Source: an uncultured Candidatus Saccharibacteria bacterium (GTDB taxonomy: Bacteria > Patescibacteriota > Minisyncoccia > Phycocordibacterales > UBA5272). From it: a DNA stretch of 64,000 nt. Shown here one piece after another: positions 37,800 through 46,799 of the stretch. The DNA is taken from the NCBI GenBank assembly GCA_964443675.1, contig CAYUDN010000001.1, positions 10,862 to 74,861 on the forward strand, in the 5' to 3' direction. The position numbers were made by a program, and so were the translations under genes. Each line of letters starts with the position of its first letter. Position 1 is the first letter of the stretch. A model generated the notes under the pieces. The model did not search any database. It saw nothing but the letters and a program-made list of their open reading frames with translations, and had not been told where the DNA came from.

Positions 37800-38576
37800 A
37801 TGACGCTCTGGTTCCTGCGTAAGGAAGAGAAAAAAGGGAAGAATGATTTTATTTCTATTGCTTCCCACGAACTCCGTTCACCTCTTTCTATTATCAAGTG
37901 GTATACCGAAATATTGCTTGATGGTGATGCAGGGCCACTTACCGAGGATCAGCGTAAGTATCTTACGCTTATTGAATCAAGTAATCAAAGAGCAATAGAC
38001 CTTGTAAGGTCATTACTTAACGTATCCAGGCTCGACCTGGATACGTTTGGTATTTCACCAGAGGTTGTTAGCCTTTCTTCTTGTATCGAGGAAGCGATTT
38101 CTTCTATACAAGAAACCGCTTCACAACATTCTGTCGAAATTGTTACTAAAAGCGTTACTGATAGCACGCTCTCGCTTGATCGTCACTTAACAGTGATGAT
38201 GCTTAGACAGCTTCTTCTTAATGCGGTACTGTACTCTTCTTCTGGTGGCAAGGTTACTCTTGTTGCTCAAGAAGAAAAGAAACATGACAACGAACATCTT
38301 CTTAGTGACAGTGTGGTAATTACTGTTACCGATCAAGGGATGGGGATACCTCTTTCTGAACAGGAACATATATTCGAAAAAATGTTCCGTGCGAAGAATG
38401 TGAAGGATTCTGAGATTCCTGGATCCGGCTTTGCATTGTATGTGATTAAGGAATTACTTACACGTATTGGCGGAGCTATTTGGTTTTCTTCTAGAGAGGG
38501 TGAAGGTTCTACTTTTTCTATTGCTATTCCTCGTACAGGGATGCCAAAGAAAGTAGGAAGAACGACTCTCGATTAA
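37800..38576 (+). CDS. Cytoplasmic sensor histidine kinase (HisKA+HATPase_c only, no TM or sensor domain)
   Basis: H-box 'ISIASHELRSPLSIIKWYTE' and G-boxes 'DQGMGIP' and 'GSGFALYVIK'. It is only 258 aa and starts 5 nt after the pilA stop. Confidence 0.75.
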   Translation: MTLWFLRKEEKKGKNDFISIASHELRSPLSIIKWYTEILLDGDAGPLTEDQRKYLTLIESSNQRAIDLVRSLLNVSRLDLDTFGISPEVVSLSSCIEEAISSIQETASQHSVEIVTKSVTDSTLSLDRHLTVMMLRQLLLNAVLYSSSGGKVTLVAQEEKKHDNEHLLSDSVVITVTDQGMGIPLSEQEHIFEKMFRAKNVKDSEIPGSGFALYVIKELLTRIGGAIWFSSREGEGSTFSIAIPRTGMPKKVGRTTLD

Positions 38577-38609
38577 GAAGGAAGAAACAAGAGAGAAGAT
38601 TCAATGGTC

Positions 38610-38658
38610 AAGAAAAGATGACGACACCTACGGTGTCGTCATCTTTCTTTTGTTTTTC
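38610..38658. terminator. Bidirectional intrinsic terminator (14-bp stem aagatgacgacacc-tac-ggtgtcgtcatctt)
   Basis: Lies between the convergent histidine-kinase and HTH-murA genes, with T-runs on both sides. Confidence 0.6.
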
Positions 38659-38674
38659 AATTTGCGCTGTATTG

Positions 38675-40189
38675 CTATACTCCTCGCACCACAGTGATGC
38701 GCGCACCGATACTGTTGAGGCGTTCTGCGATATCAGCGTAGCCTCGTTTGATGGAATACACATTACGAAGCATTGAGGTTCCTTCTGCTGCAAGCATGGC
38801 AATAAGAATGATTGCAGTAGGACGAAGTGCTGGAGGGGAGACGATTTGAGCGCCACGAAGTTTTTTTACACCATTTATAAGAGCTCGGTGAGGGTCGAGT
38901 AGTTTAATTTCAGCACCAAGACGATTAAGTTCTGTAAAGTAGATCGCGCGATTTTCCCATGTCCAATCATGAATAAGTGTTTGCCCTTCTGCAAAACAGG
39001 TAATCGGTACGAAGAAGGGGAGATTGTCATTGTTAATACCAGGGAATGGTTGTGTATGTATCTTGTCATGAGGTGCAACAAGAGAAGAAGGAAGTACGGT
39101 AATATCGACGAGTTTGGTTTTGGCATTCTTCGAAAGATATTCTTTTGAAGTTTTGTATACAAGTCCCATACGTTTCAATTTTTCGAGTTCAAGGGTGAGG
39201 AATTCAACAGGACATCTTTCTACGGTGAGTTTTGATTTGGTTACGATACCAGCTGCAATAAAGAACATACTCTCGATAGGGTCTTCACTGTTGTAGTGCT
39301 CAACATTACAGGTAATTTCTTTTTTACCGTGGATGGTAAGAGTGGTGGTTCCGATACCCTCGATCTCTACTCCAAAGGATTGAAGTAAAAAACAGACGTC
39401 TTGTACTTGGTAATTAGGTGGAGCAAACTTAATAATCGTTGTTCCTTCGATACGAGACGCAGCAATGAGTGCAGTAATCGCACCAGTGTCAGAGGACTCA
39501 TAAAGAGGGATGATACCAGGGTGGAGTTTTTTGTGGGAGATTTCATAGTAGTGTTCTTTGGTTACGACCGAAGCACCAAGGTATTCAAGTGCGTACTTAT
39601 GGGAAGCAACTGTTCTTTCTCCCATTTTGCAACCACCAGAGTGAGGGAGGGTGCATGATTCTGCGAAGTGGATGAATGCACCAGCAAAGGTGAAGGAGCG
39701 TATCTTTTCTGCAACACTTTTGTTCATTTTGGAAAAGGTGAGCTTCTTTGGTGGAGTAATTTCAAGTGCCGTATCGTTGTGGGTCCATTTGATTTTGACG
39801 CCAAGACTCTCTAAGAGTTCTTTGTAACGGTATACTTCTTCTATATGAGGAATGTCACGAAGCACGGTAGTGCCAGCGTTGACAAGAGAAGCAACCATCA
39901 TATTGATTGCACCGTTTTTGGAAGTGTTTGTTACAATCTTACCGTGTAGTTTGTGTCCACCTTCTACCTTAAAATCAATCGTATCTTGAATACTCACGAT
40001 GTTATGCTTAAGCACACTACTCATTTTGAGGAGTTGTTCTATGGTGACATTTTGGTTACCGGACTCAATGCGAGCCACTGCAGATTGTGAGGTTTTTAGC
40101 TTTTTTGCGAACTCTTCTTGAGTTAATCCTTGTTCTTCACGTAACTTTTTAATAAAAATACCTATTTTTTGCTGATCATTTGGTTCCAT
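38675..40189 (-). CDS. murA: XRE-family HTH domain fused to UDP-N-acetylglucosamine 1-carboxyvinyltransferase (MurA)
   Basis: Residues 1-65 carry 'IGIFIKKLREEQGLTQEEFAKKLKTSQSAVARIESG', an XRE helix-turn-helix. The remainder is MurA: 'SKNGAINMMVASL', a Cys loop 'HSGGCKMGERTVASH', and C-terminal 'IKRGYADIAERLNSIGARI'. It is one uninterrupted 504-aa frame. Confidence 0.75.
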   Translation of the reverse strand: MEPNDQQKIGIFIKKLREEQGLTQEEFAKKLKTSQSAVARIESGNQNVTIEQLLKMSSVLKHNIVSIQDTIDFKVEGGHKLHGKIVTNTSKNGAINMMVASLVNAGTTVLRDIPHIEEVYRYKELLESLGVKIKWTHNDTALEITPPKKLTFSKMNKSVAEKIRSFTFAGAFIHFAESCTLPHSGGCKMGERTVASHKYALEYLGASVVTKEHYYEISHKKLHPGIIPLYESSDTGAITALIAASRIEGTTIIKFAPPNYQVQDVCFLLQSFGVEIEGIGTTTLTIHGKKEITCNVEHYNSEDPIESMFFIAAGIVTKSKLTVERCPVEFLTLELEKLKRMGLVYKTSKEYLSKNAKTKLVDITVLPSSLVAPHDKIHTQPFPGINNDNLPFFVPITCFAEGQTLIHDWTWENRAIYFTELNRLGAEIKLLDPHRALINGVKKLRGAQIVSPPALRPTAIILIAMLAAEGTSMLRNVYSIKRGYADIAERLNSIGARITVVRGV

Positions 40190-40277
40190 ATCTTAATAGT
40201 ATATCACATGTGATATAAAGTACGGTGGAAAACCTGGTATGAGTATGGTAGTAGTATAGTAGACTTTAGGAGAGATC

Positions 40278-40427
40278 ATGAAAGTTCGAACTCATTCCAA
40301 GCGACGTAAGTGGTTTTTGTTTGCAACTACTCCTTCACGGGCACGGTTTTATCTGAACTTCCTGTATAAGCCAGCTCATTTCACTGTCGATCAGATAAGA
40401 AAAGCAGTTCGTTCTGCTACTTGATGA
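40278..40427 (+). CDS. Small basic hypothetical protein (49 aa)
   Basis: A strong SD (ttAGGAGAGatcATG) precedes MKVRTHSKRRKWFLFATTPSRARFYLNFLYKPAHFTVDQIRKAVRSAT. It is below the ORF-track size cutoff. Confidence 0.4.
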
Positions 40428-40476
40428 ACTTATTTGTATACCTTGTACACTTCACTTTTTGTGAGGTGTTCTTGTA

Positions 40477-41739
40477 TTACTGTATCAGTGATTCTATAGT
40501 AAAGAGAGATATAGCCCCCATAAGAACAGTGGTAAGAATAACGAGCATGTTACTTACTCGAGAGTTTACTTTGTCGCCAAGAATTTTTTTGTTATTCGCT
40601 ACAAAAAGAATAATGACAAGCAGTGGTGCTGCTAGTACGCCGTTTACTGCTGCGGCATAATAGAGCATAAGTACAGGGTCAATATGTAAAAAGTTAAGTA
40701 ATACTCCCATCAAAATTGCGATAGTGATCACCAAATAAAAGCGAACTGCTTGAGTGAATGTTTTGTTAAGTCCAAGAGGGAATGAGAACATTTCTGCAAC
40801 TGAGTAGGCAACAGATCCAGCGAGCACAGGGATTGCAAGTAGACCTGTTCCTAATATTCCAAAAGAAAAGAGGTATACCGCAAAGTCTCCAGCAAGAGGG
40901 CGGAGCGATTCTGCAAATTGCGCAGCAGAAGTAATCGCGGTACCTGAGCCACCAATAGTTCCATGAGCTGTGATAATGATAAAGAAAGCAATAAGATTAG
41001 AAAGGAACATTCCAATCACCGTGTCGATGCGCATTTGAACAAGGTCATTCTTGGTAATAGCCGGAGTTCCTTTACCAAAAGCAGTAAGTTTTTTGTGTTC
41101 GATTTCTTCCTCTACTTCTTCATCTGCTTGCCAGAAAAAAAGATATGGGGAGATGGTGGTTCCTAAAAATGCTGTAATATTAAGGAGATATTCTTTGTTC
41201 CATTCAAAATGGGGTGCAAATGTAGCAAAAGTAATGGCTTGCCAGTCTTGGGTAATAAAAAATGCAGTAACGATATATGCAAGTACTGTTGCAGCAAAAT
41301 ATTTCAAAATTTTTGCATATTTATGGTAAGGGATATAGATAACTGAAAATATAGTAAAGAGGGTGATAATTATTATCCCCACCCCAGAAGGAACAGAAGG
41401 AGTCATTAAGGTAATAGCTTGACCCATTGCACCAAGGTCAGCTCCGATGTTGATTACATTTGCAAGAGTAAGGAGTGTTACCGCGATAACGAGTACATAA
41501 TGGGGATAGTGACCTTTGATGACACCAGCAATTCCTTTTCCAGTAACAATACCAATGCGAGCACACATTTCTTGTACTGCGACCATTAATGGAAAGGAGT
41601 AGAGTGTCATCCATAACTGTGAAAGCCCAAATATAGCGCCTGTTTGTGCGTAGGTTGCAATTCCTGAAGGGTCATCATCAGCAATACCTGTAACAATTCC
41701 TGGTCCAAGCGACTTTTTGATTTTTTTAAAAAGTGTCAT
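40477..41739 (-). CDS. mntH: NRAMP-family divalent metal (Mn2+/Fe2+) transporter
   Basis: 'GPGIVTGIADDDPSGIATYAQTGAIFGLSQLW...MVAVQEMCARIGIVTGKG' is the NRAMP consensus. The start is chosen at MTLFKK (41739); the track start at 41913 is far upstream. Confidence 0.8.
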   Translation of the reverse strand: MTLFKKIKKSLGPGIVTGIADDDPSGIATYAQTGAIFGLSQLWMTLYSFPLMVAVQEMCARIGIVTGKGIAGVIKGHYPHYVLVIAVTLLTLANVINIGADLGAMGQAITLMTPSVPSGVGIIIITLFTIFSVIYIPYHKYAKILKYFAATVLAYIVTAFFITQDWQAITFATFAPHFEWNKEYLLNITAFLGTTISPYLFFWQADEEVEEEIEHKKLTAFGKGTPAITKNDLVQMRIDTVIGMFLSNLIAFFIIITAHGTIGGSGTAITSAAQFAESLRPLAGDFAVYLFSFGILGTGLLAIPVLAGSVAYSVAEMFSFPLGLNKTFTQAVRFYLVITIAILMGVLLNFLHIDPVLMLYYAAAVNGVLAAPLLVIILFVANNKKILGDKVNSRVSNMLVILTTVLMGAISLFTIESLIQ

Positions 41740-41799
41740 ATGGGAAAAGTATAGCATGAAGAAGGTTGACGGCTTCTTGGTAGAGAGTGGAAAGTTGCG

Positions 41800-42168
41800 A
41801 TGAGAAAAGTGTATACTTTCTGTATGAAAACAACACCCTTTCTTGAATATGTGCTTTATGATATATTCGGTGAACAAGAGCCAATCACTGCAAGGTATAT
41901 GATGGGCGCACACATGCTTTACTATGAAGGGAAGCCTTTTGCGATTGTTGAAAATGATGAACTCTACTTCAAAGGATCAAAAGAGGTAGCAGGGTGGTAT
42001 CTATATCGTGGAAGCAAACAGTTCACCTACACTAAGGAGGGAAAGGAGGCACATCTTTATTACTTTTTTGTTCCACCTGAAGTGTATGAAGAAAGAGAGA
42101 GTCGTGAGGAGTGGTTAGAGGTAGCACTTAGTGTTTCAAAGAAGAAACAAGTAAAAAGCAATAAGTAA
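41800..42168 (+). CDS. TfoX N-terminal-domain-like protein (tentative)
   Basis: 'ARYMMGAHMLYYEGKPFAIVENDELYFKGSKE' resembles the TfoX_N (Sxy) domain pattern. Weak call. Confidence 0.35.
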   Translation: MRKVYTFCMKTTPFLEYVLYDIFGEQEPITARYMMGAHMLYYEGKPFAIVENDELYFKGSKEVAGWYLYRGSKQFTYTKEGKEAHLYYFFVPPEVYEERESREEWLEVALSVSKKKQVKSNK

Positions 42169-42312
42169 AAAGTAACAAGGAAGAGATATAGAGCGCAGAC
42201 AACAGATAACAGACAATGGGCACATACAATACCCATTACTTATTGCTAGTTGCTGTTTGCTCGCGTTTTCTCCGCGTTTGTTCTGCAACTGTCCGCGTCC
42301 AGTCTGTGTCTG
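42169..42312. repeat. Member R2 of the intergenic hairpin repeat family (gcagacaacagataacagacaa ... tccgcgt/ctgtccgcgtcc motifs)
   Basis: Shares the acagataacagac arm with R4 and R6, and the 'ttctgc...tccgcgt...ctgtccgcgtcc' segment with R3 (45110-45163). Confidence 0.5.
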
Positions 42313-44055
42313 TCAGACTTGGTGTGCCACCAAATTCTTATACACCTCATTATTTTCCATGAGCTCGTCATGAGTACCTTCGCCAACAATATGCCCTTTA
42401 TCCATGACAATAATTTTGTCGGCATCTTTTACTGTAGAGAGTCGGTGAGCAATAATAATGGTGGTTTTCCCCTGAGAGACTTCATTAATTGCTTCCATCA
42501 CTTTTGCTTCATTTTCGGTATCAAGAGAAGCGGTTGCTTCATCGAAGATGAGGATATCCGGGTCTTTGATAATCGCACGTGCAATACCGATGCGTTGTCG
42601 TTCACCACCGGAGAGCTTCACACCACGTTCTCCAATAAAGGTGTCTAACTTTGTCTCTCCGAGACGGTGGTAAAATTCTGTAATACGTGCATGACGTGCT
42701 ACTTCTTCAAGTTTTTTCTCAGCCTCTTTCTTTTCTTTTGTGTTAAGACCTATCAATATGTTTTCTCGTATTGTTTCATCAAAAAGATCAACATGTTGCT
42801 CGACATATCCAACTTTTTTTCTTAAAAAAGTACTGTCGATACTGTTTAGTTCAGCGCCGTTAATAGTTATTGTTCCTTGTGTGTAGGTGTACATACGAAG
42901 AAGAAGTTTGACAATAGAAGATTTCCCTGACCCGGAAGCGCCGACGAAGGCAGTTTTTTTGCCGTAAGGAATAACTGTTGAAATGTTTTCAAAAAGTGGT
43001 TTTATCCCGTGTGGGTAACGGAAGGTAAGGTTGGTAATGAGGATGTCGCCAAGAAAAGAAGACTGTACTCCCTTTTCGCTAAAGTTCGGTTCTTTGTCGA
43101 TGATGTTAAGATACTTTTCAAGTTCACTGAAGCGAAGTGGCATTTGTCGTATTGTGTGAATAATAGAAAATATCTGATTGTTTGCTTCATTAATGTAGGA
43201 CCAGATTGCATAAATTGCTCCCACAGTAAGAGAACCAAGTGATGCAAAATAGATAATTGCAAGCGAGCTTATTGCTCGAGAGGTGGTAAATGAAGCGTAT
43301 CGTTTGTGGCCATGACGAGCTGCTTTATTCCAGACGAACTTTTTATAGTCCATGAACTTTTGTCTATTTTTAAGGTATTTATCAAGATAAAAGTGTTCAG
43401 CGCCAAGTGTGCGAATAAGACTTAGATGTTGAAATGATTCTGCCCGTATCCTTTTTTGTTTGTCACTGTTATCAATATCTTGCTTAATAAATGGTCGGTG
43501 ATATTTTGCAAACCGATTACTCCACCAAATAACGGTGACGAGAGTAGCAAAAGACCAAAGTGCAATTGCTTTTGAATAGAAAGCAATTGCGGTAAGGGCA
43601 AAAAGTATTTGTAGTATCGTTGGAAGCATGGTGAGAACAATATTTGAAATAATGTTTTCAACAGCATTTTCTCCACGATTAATTACCTGTTCTTTGATTG
43701 CGGAGTGGTCTTCTGTATATTGAGAAATATTAAGCGCGAAGATCTTTTTAAAAGAATATTCTTCTAGATGTTGCTGTATCGCATATCCTATATTATTTTG
43801 AGCATGAATTTCTGTGTAGTAGCTAATTACGACCTTTGTGAGGAGAATTCCAAGGTTGTAAAGAATAAAAGTAGTTGCTTGATGGTAATTTTGATGAATA
43901 ACAGAATCAAGAATTTTTGCCGATAGATAAATACTTGCAATGGTTATACCTTGTTGTACGACAGAAGAAAGAAGTTGTAAGTAGAAATCTTTATGGAAAG
44001 GTTTAAGAATTTTCCAAAGTCGGAAAATGAGAGAGAAATATTTGAGCATACTCAT
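42313..44055 (-). CDS. ABC transporter, fused permease/ATPase (MsbA-like exporter)
   Basis: Six-TM N-terminal half, Walker A 'GASGSGKSS' and signature 'LSGGERQRIGIARAI'. The start is moved to MSMLKYF (44055). Confidence 0.8.
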   Translation of the reverse strand: MSMLKYFSLIFRLWKILKPFHKDFYLQLLSSVVQQGITIASIYLSAKILDSVIHQNYHQATTFILYNLGILLTKVVISYYTEIHAQNNIGYAIQQHLEEYSFKKIFALNISQYTEDHSAIKEQVINRGENAVENIISNIVLTMLPTILQILFALTAIAFYSKAIALWSFATLVTVIWWSNRFAKYHRPFIKQDIDNSDKQKRIRAESFQHLSLIRTLGAEHFYLDKYLKNRQKFMDYKKFVWNKAARHGHKRYASFTTSRAISSLAIIYFASLGSLTVGAIYAIWSYINEANNQIFSIIHTIRQMPLRFSELEKYLNIIDKEPNFSEKGVQSSFLGDILITNLTFRYPHGIKPLFENISTVIPYGKKTAFVGASGSGKSSIVKLLLRMYTYTQGTITINGAELNSIDSTFLRKKVGYVEQHVDLFDETIRENILIGLNTKEKKEAEKKLEEVARHARITEFYHRLGETKLDTFIGERGVKLSGGERQRIGIARAIIKDPDILIFDEATASLDTENEAKVMEAINEVSQGKTTIIIAHRLSTVKDADKIIVMDKGHIVGEGTHDELMENNEVYKNLVAHQV

Positions 44056-44215
44056 AATTGTATCATTTTTATGAGAGTGAAGGAACGAAAGTCTAAAAGG
44101 GTACGTTAGAAAAAGTGAAGAGTAGGGGGTGTGATAATCAATACAGCGGGGCGGAACTGAAGGTTTCGTCCCTGTATTTTGTATTTTCTTCACCGTCTTT
44201 TTCTTCTCCTTGTAA

Positions 44216-45109
44216 CTACACCTTTTCTTCTTGGTAAATCGATGCTAGAAGAGGAAAGTTATTCTTTACTTCAGAAAGTATAAAACGTTTCTCTTCTTCC
44301 GGAAGAAGAGAATCTCTAACAATATCTTCGTAGTGCTTCATATAGGTTTCTTTAGAAAGTGATGAAGGTAAGTAACGGAGAGCAAGCTTAAGCATCCTTA
44401 TAATACACCCTTCTCTTGTTGCGCACACGGCAAGCAATGAGTCTTCCGGCAAAGAATCAAGTTTTGTGGAGTAGGTTTTCCAAGAACCTTCCGGTGTAAG
44501 TTCTTTAGGCTCAAAGAAATCGACAAAGTGTAGTTCGCCTCGAGCGTCTAAAATAATGTTTGCTAGCTTAAGATCTATGCCATAAGGAAGTGAAGAAAGC
44601 GTAACAGCGCCATATTTCTTTCGTACAAGAGACTGATGCTTGTTGTTAGTAAGTGTTGCGACAACTTTTTGAAGTACTGCAAGTCGTTCGAAATGAGCAG
44701 TGTTTTCATCTTTAAACATTCTCTCCGCAGCGATGGCCTCGACAAGTTCTTCGTAGGAAAAAATAACATGCCCACTATCAAAATGGACTACATGAGAGTA
44801 AAAAATTGAAGGAACATTCCAGCCAAATTGTTGCAGTGATTCTCGGTAGTGTGGAATGTGTTTTGCAAGAAGTGTTGCCTCTTCTTTTGTGAGACCTTTT
44901 TCTACACCGCAGCGCTTCCATATTACTTTTCTTGTTGAGTCAGCTTTAATAATTTCAAGGGCGCTTACTCGAGATTGTCTACCTTCTCCGAAAGTAATCT
45001 TAGGGGTTGCAAAGCGAATTCCTGGGTTTTCTTGTATAAAAACAAGTTTTTCTTCTTCACGTATATCATTACGCTCTAGAGTAGTGTGAAGTTTAAATTC
45101 TTGTTGCAT
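44216..45109 (-). CDS. Hypothetical protein with protein-kinase-like (PKL/APH) catalytic motifs
   Basis: 'YGIDLKLANIILDARGELHFVDFFEP' resembles the kinase catalytic loop (D-L-K-x-x-N) followed by a DFG-like 'VDF'. Otherwise unrecognised. Confidence 0.45.
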   Translation of the reverse strand: MQQEFKLHTTLERNDIREEEKLVFIQENPGIRFATPKITFGEGRQSRVSALEIIKADSTRKVIWKRCGVEKGLTKEEATLLAKHIPHYRESLQQFGWNVPSIFYSHVVHFDSGHVIFSYEELVEAIAAERMFKDENTAHFERLAVLQKVVATLTNNKHQSLVRKKYGAVTLSSLPYGIDLKLANIILDARGELHFVDFFEPKELTPEGSWKTYSTKLDSLPEDSLLAVCATREGCIIRMLKLALRYLPSSLSKETYMKHYEDIVRDSLLPEEEKRFILSEVKNNFPLLASIYQEEKV

Positions 45110-45163
45110 AGTGGGTTTACTTTCTGCGATCTTCCGCGTCTATTCCGCATCTGTCCGCGTCCC
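45110..45163. repeat. Member R3 (short) of the intergenic repeat family
   Basis: cttccgcgtctattccgcatctgtccgcgtcc is near-identical in motif content to the right arm of R2. Confidence 0.45.
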
Positions 45164-46072
45164 TTAGGCATGGAGATGAAGATAAATATCTTCTAGTGCT
45201 CGAACCGCATCGCCTGCTGCAATGTTGTTCTGATGATAGAGCACATCGGTACAGTCTCCTGCTGCCCAGACACCCTTTACTGATGTCTCTTGGGTGCGAG
45301 GATTGGTAACGATATTGTTAGTAGGGGTCATTTCTACGAATCCATTCGCAAATCCCGTTGCTGGAAGTTGGCCGATTTCGACGAAGACAGCAGAGACTGG
45401 AAGGGTGATTTCTTCACCGGAATCTTTTTTATAGGAAAGTGACTCAACGAATACTTGTCCTTCCACTTTAGTTGGAAGTACGTTTTCGATGAGGGTGAAC
45501 TTCGGATTTTGTTTTAGTTTTTCGACAGTGATTGCGTCTGCTCTTGGTGCACTTCGTGACAAAAGGGTAACATGACTACAGTATGCAAGAAGCTGTGCTG
45601 CGGACTCAAAACCAGCATTACCTCCACCAACTACCACTACATCCATTCCAGAGAAGAGTGGTCCATCACATGATGCACAATAGGTGAGCCCTTTGTGTTC
45701 GAGTGTATCTGCTCCAGGAACATCAAGTCTTCTTCTGGCTGATCCTGTGCCAATAAGAACGGTTTTCGAAGTGTGTGCTCCCTTGTTGGTGGTGACAGTG
45801 AAGTCTCCTTCAGTTCCCGCAAGCGAAGTCACTTCTTCTTCAAGAATAGTGAGGTTATCTCCTTTATATTCTTCTACGTGAGCACGAAATGACTGAGCAA
45901 GATGTGCACCGCTAATATGAGGGGTGCCGATCCAGTTCTGAATATCTTCAGAAACAATTGATTGCCCACCCCATTCTTTTACAAGAAGAAGTGTCTTTAA
46001 TTGCTTGCGTGCAGCATAGACTGCTGCTGCTGATCCTGCTGGTCCTCCGCCGATGATGATAAGGTCGTACAT
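45164..46072 (-). CDS. trxB: Thioredoxin-disulfide reductase
   Basis: 'MYDLIIIGGGPAGSAAAVYAARK' FAD motif, 'CASCDG' redox-active disulfide and a second GxGxxG for NADPH. Confidence 0.85.
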   Translation of the reverse strand: MYDLIIIGGGPAGSAAAVYAARKQLKTLLLVKEWGGQSIVSEDIQNWIGTPHISGAHLAQSFRAHVEEYKGDNLTILEEEVTSLAGTEGDFTVTTNKGAHTSKTVLIGTGSARRRLDVPGADTLEHKGLTYCASCDGPLFSGMDVVVVGGGNAGFESAAQLLAYCSHVTLLSRSAPRADAITVEKLKQNPKFTLIENVLPTKVEGQVFVESLSYKKDSGEEITLPVSAVFVEIGQLPATGFANGFVEMTPTNNIVTNPRTQETSVKGVWAAGDCTDVLYHQNNIAAGDAVRALEDIYLHLHA

Positions 46073-46181
46073 AAATAGTGTATAGTAGTTAGATGTTAGT
46101 AATGACTAAGATGAAAAAAGTATACCATAGTGAGTGATATATAAAGACACACTACAAAGTCGGCACCGTAGTGCCGACTTT

Positions 46182-46691
46182 TTAATGAGAGAGTACAAAC
46201 TTCTTTGGGTTTCTTTTAATCATTAAAATCCCAAGAATATAAGGAACTACTGACCAGACGACACTGAGAAGTGTCATCCCTACTTCTAGGAAGTGGTTCA
46301 AGAATTGATGTTCTGGTAACGATGTCCAGTAATACCATCCAGCAGTAACCACCACACCACCAAGAAGAGAGGGGAAGAAAAGTATTTTAAATTTATCTCC
46401 TTTTGTCCATTCTTGTGTGTGAAGTGCAAGTGTTCCAAATCCTGTGACAATTCCAAAGGTTAAGAAAGTAATACCAAGCATTACAAGAAAAAGAATTTCA
46501 ATGACAAAGTGAAGTATCTTTTCTGGGTAGAAGGTGTCGATTTTGAGAAAAAAACACACTACCGAAAAAAGAAATCCAGTAAACAAGCTGAAAACATAGA
46601 TTGACTTGAGCTCATTTCCATTTACTACCCCTGTTTTGTTTTCTTTTGGAGTGTTCTTTATCACTGTTTCTTTTCTTTGGTAAGTAAACAT
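46182..46691 (-). CDS. Hypothetical membrane protein (169 aa, 4 TM)
   Basis: Hydrophobicity only. Confidence 0.45.
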   Translation of the reverse strand: MFTYQRKETVIKNTPKENKTGVVNGNELKSIYVFSLFTGFLFSVVCFFLKIDTFYPEKILHFVIEILFLVMLGITFLTFGIVTGFGTLALHTQEWTKGDKFKILFFPSLLGGVVVTAGWYYWTSLPEHQFLNHFLEVGMTLLSVVWSVVPYILGILMIKRNPKKFVLSH

Positions 46692-46799
46692 TTGTTGCCT
46701 TTCTTTGGCGAAGTGCGTCTTTGCTTATCCTACACGAATTTATGTACTTTGTAAAAACACCCGCACTACTTACTAGTGTGGGCGTTTTTGTAAAGATTA

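Noticed and set aside
38608-38856. 82-aa minus-strand ORF
   Set aside because: It is nested out of frame within the C-terminus of the HTH-MurA gene and the terminator hairpin.
41740-41799. Mn-sensing yybP-ykoY riboswitch upstream of mntH
   Set aside because: Only about 60 nt separate mntH from the divergent gene, and none of the conserved riboswitch helices or motifs are evident.
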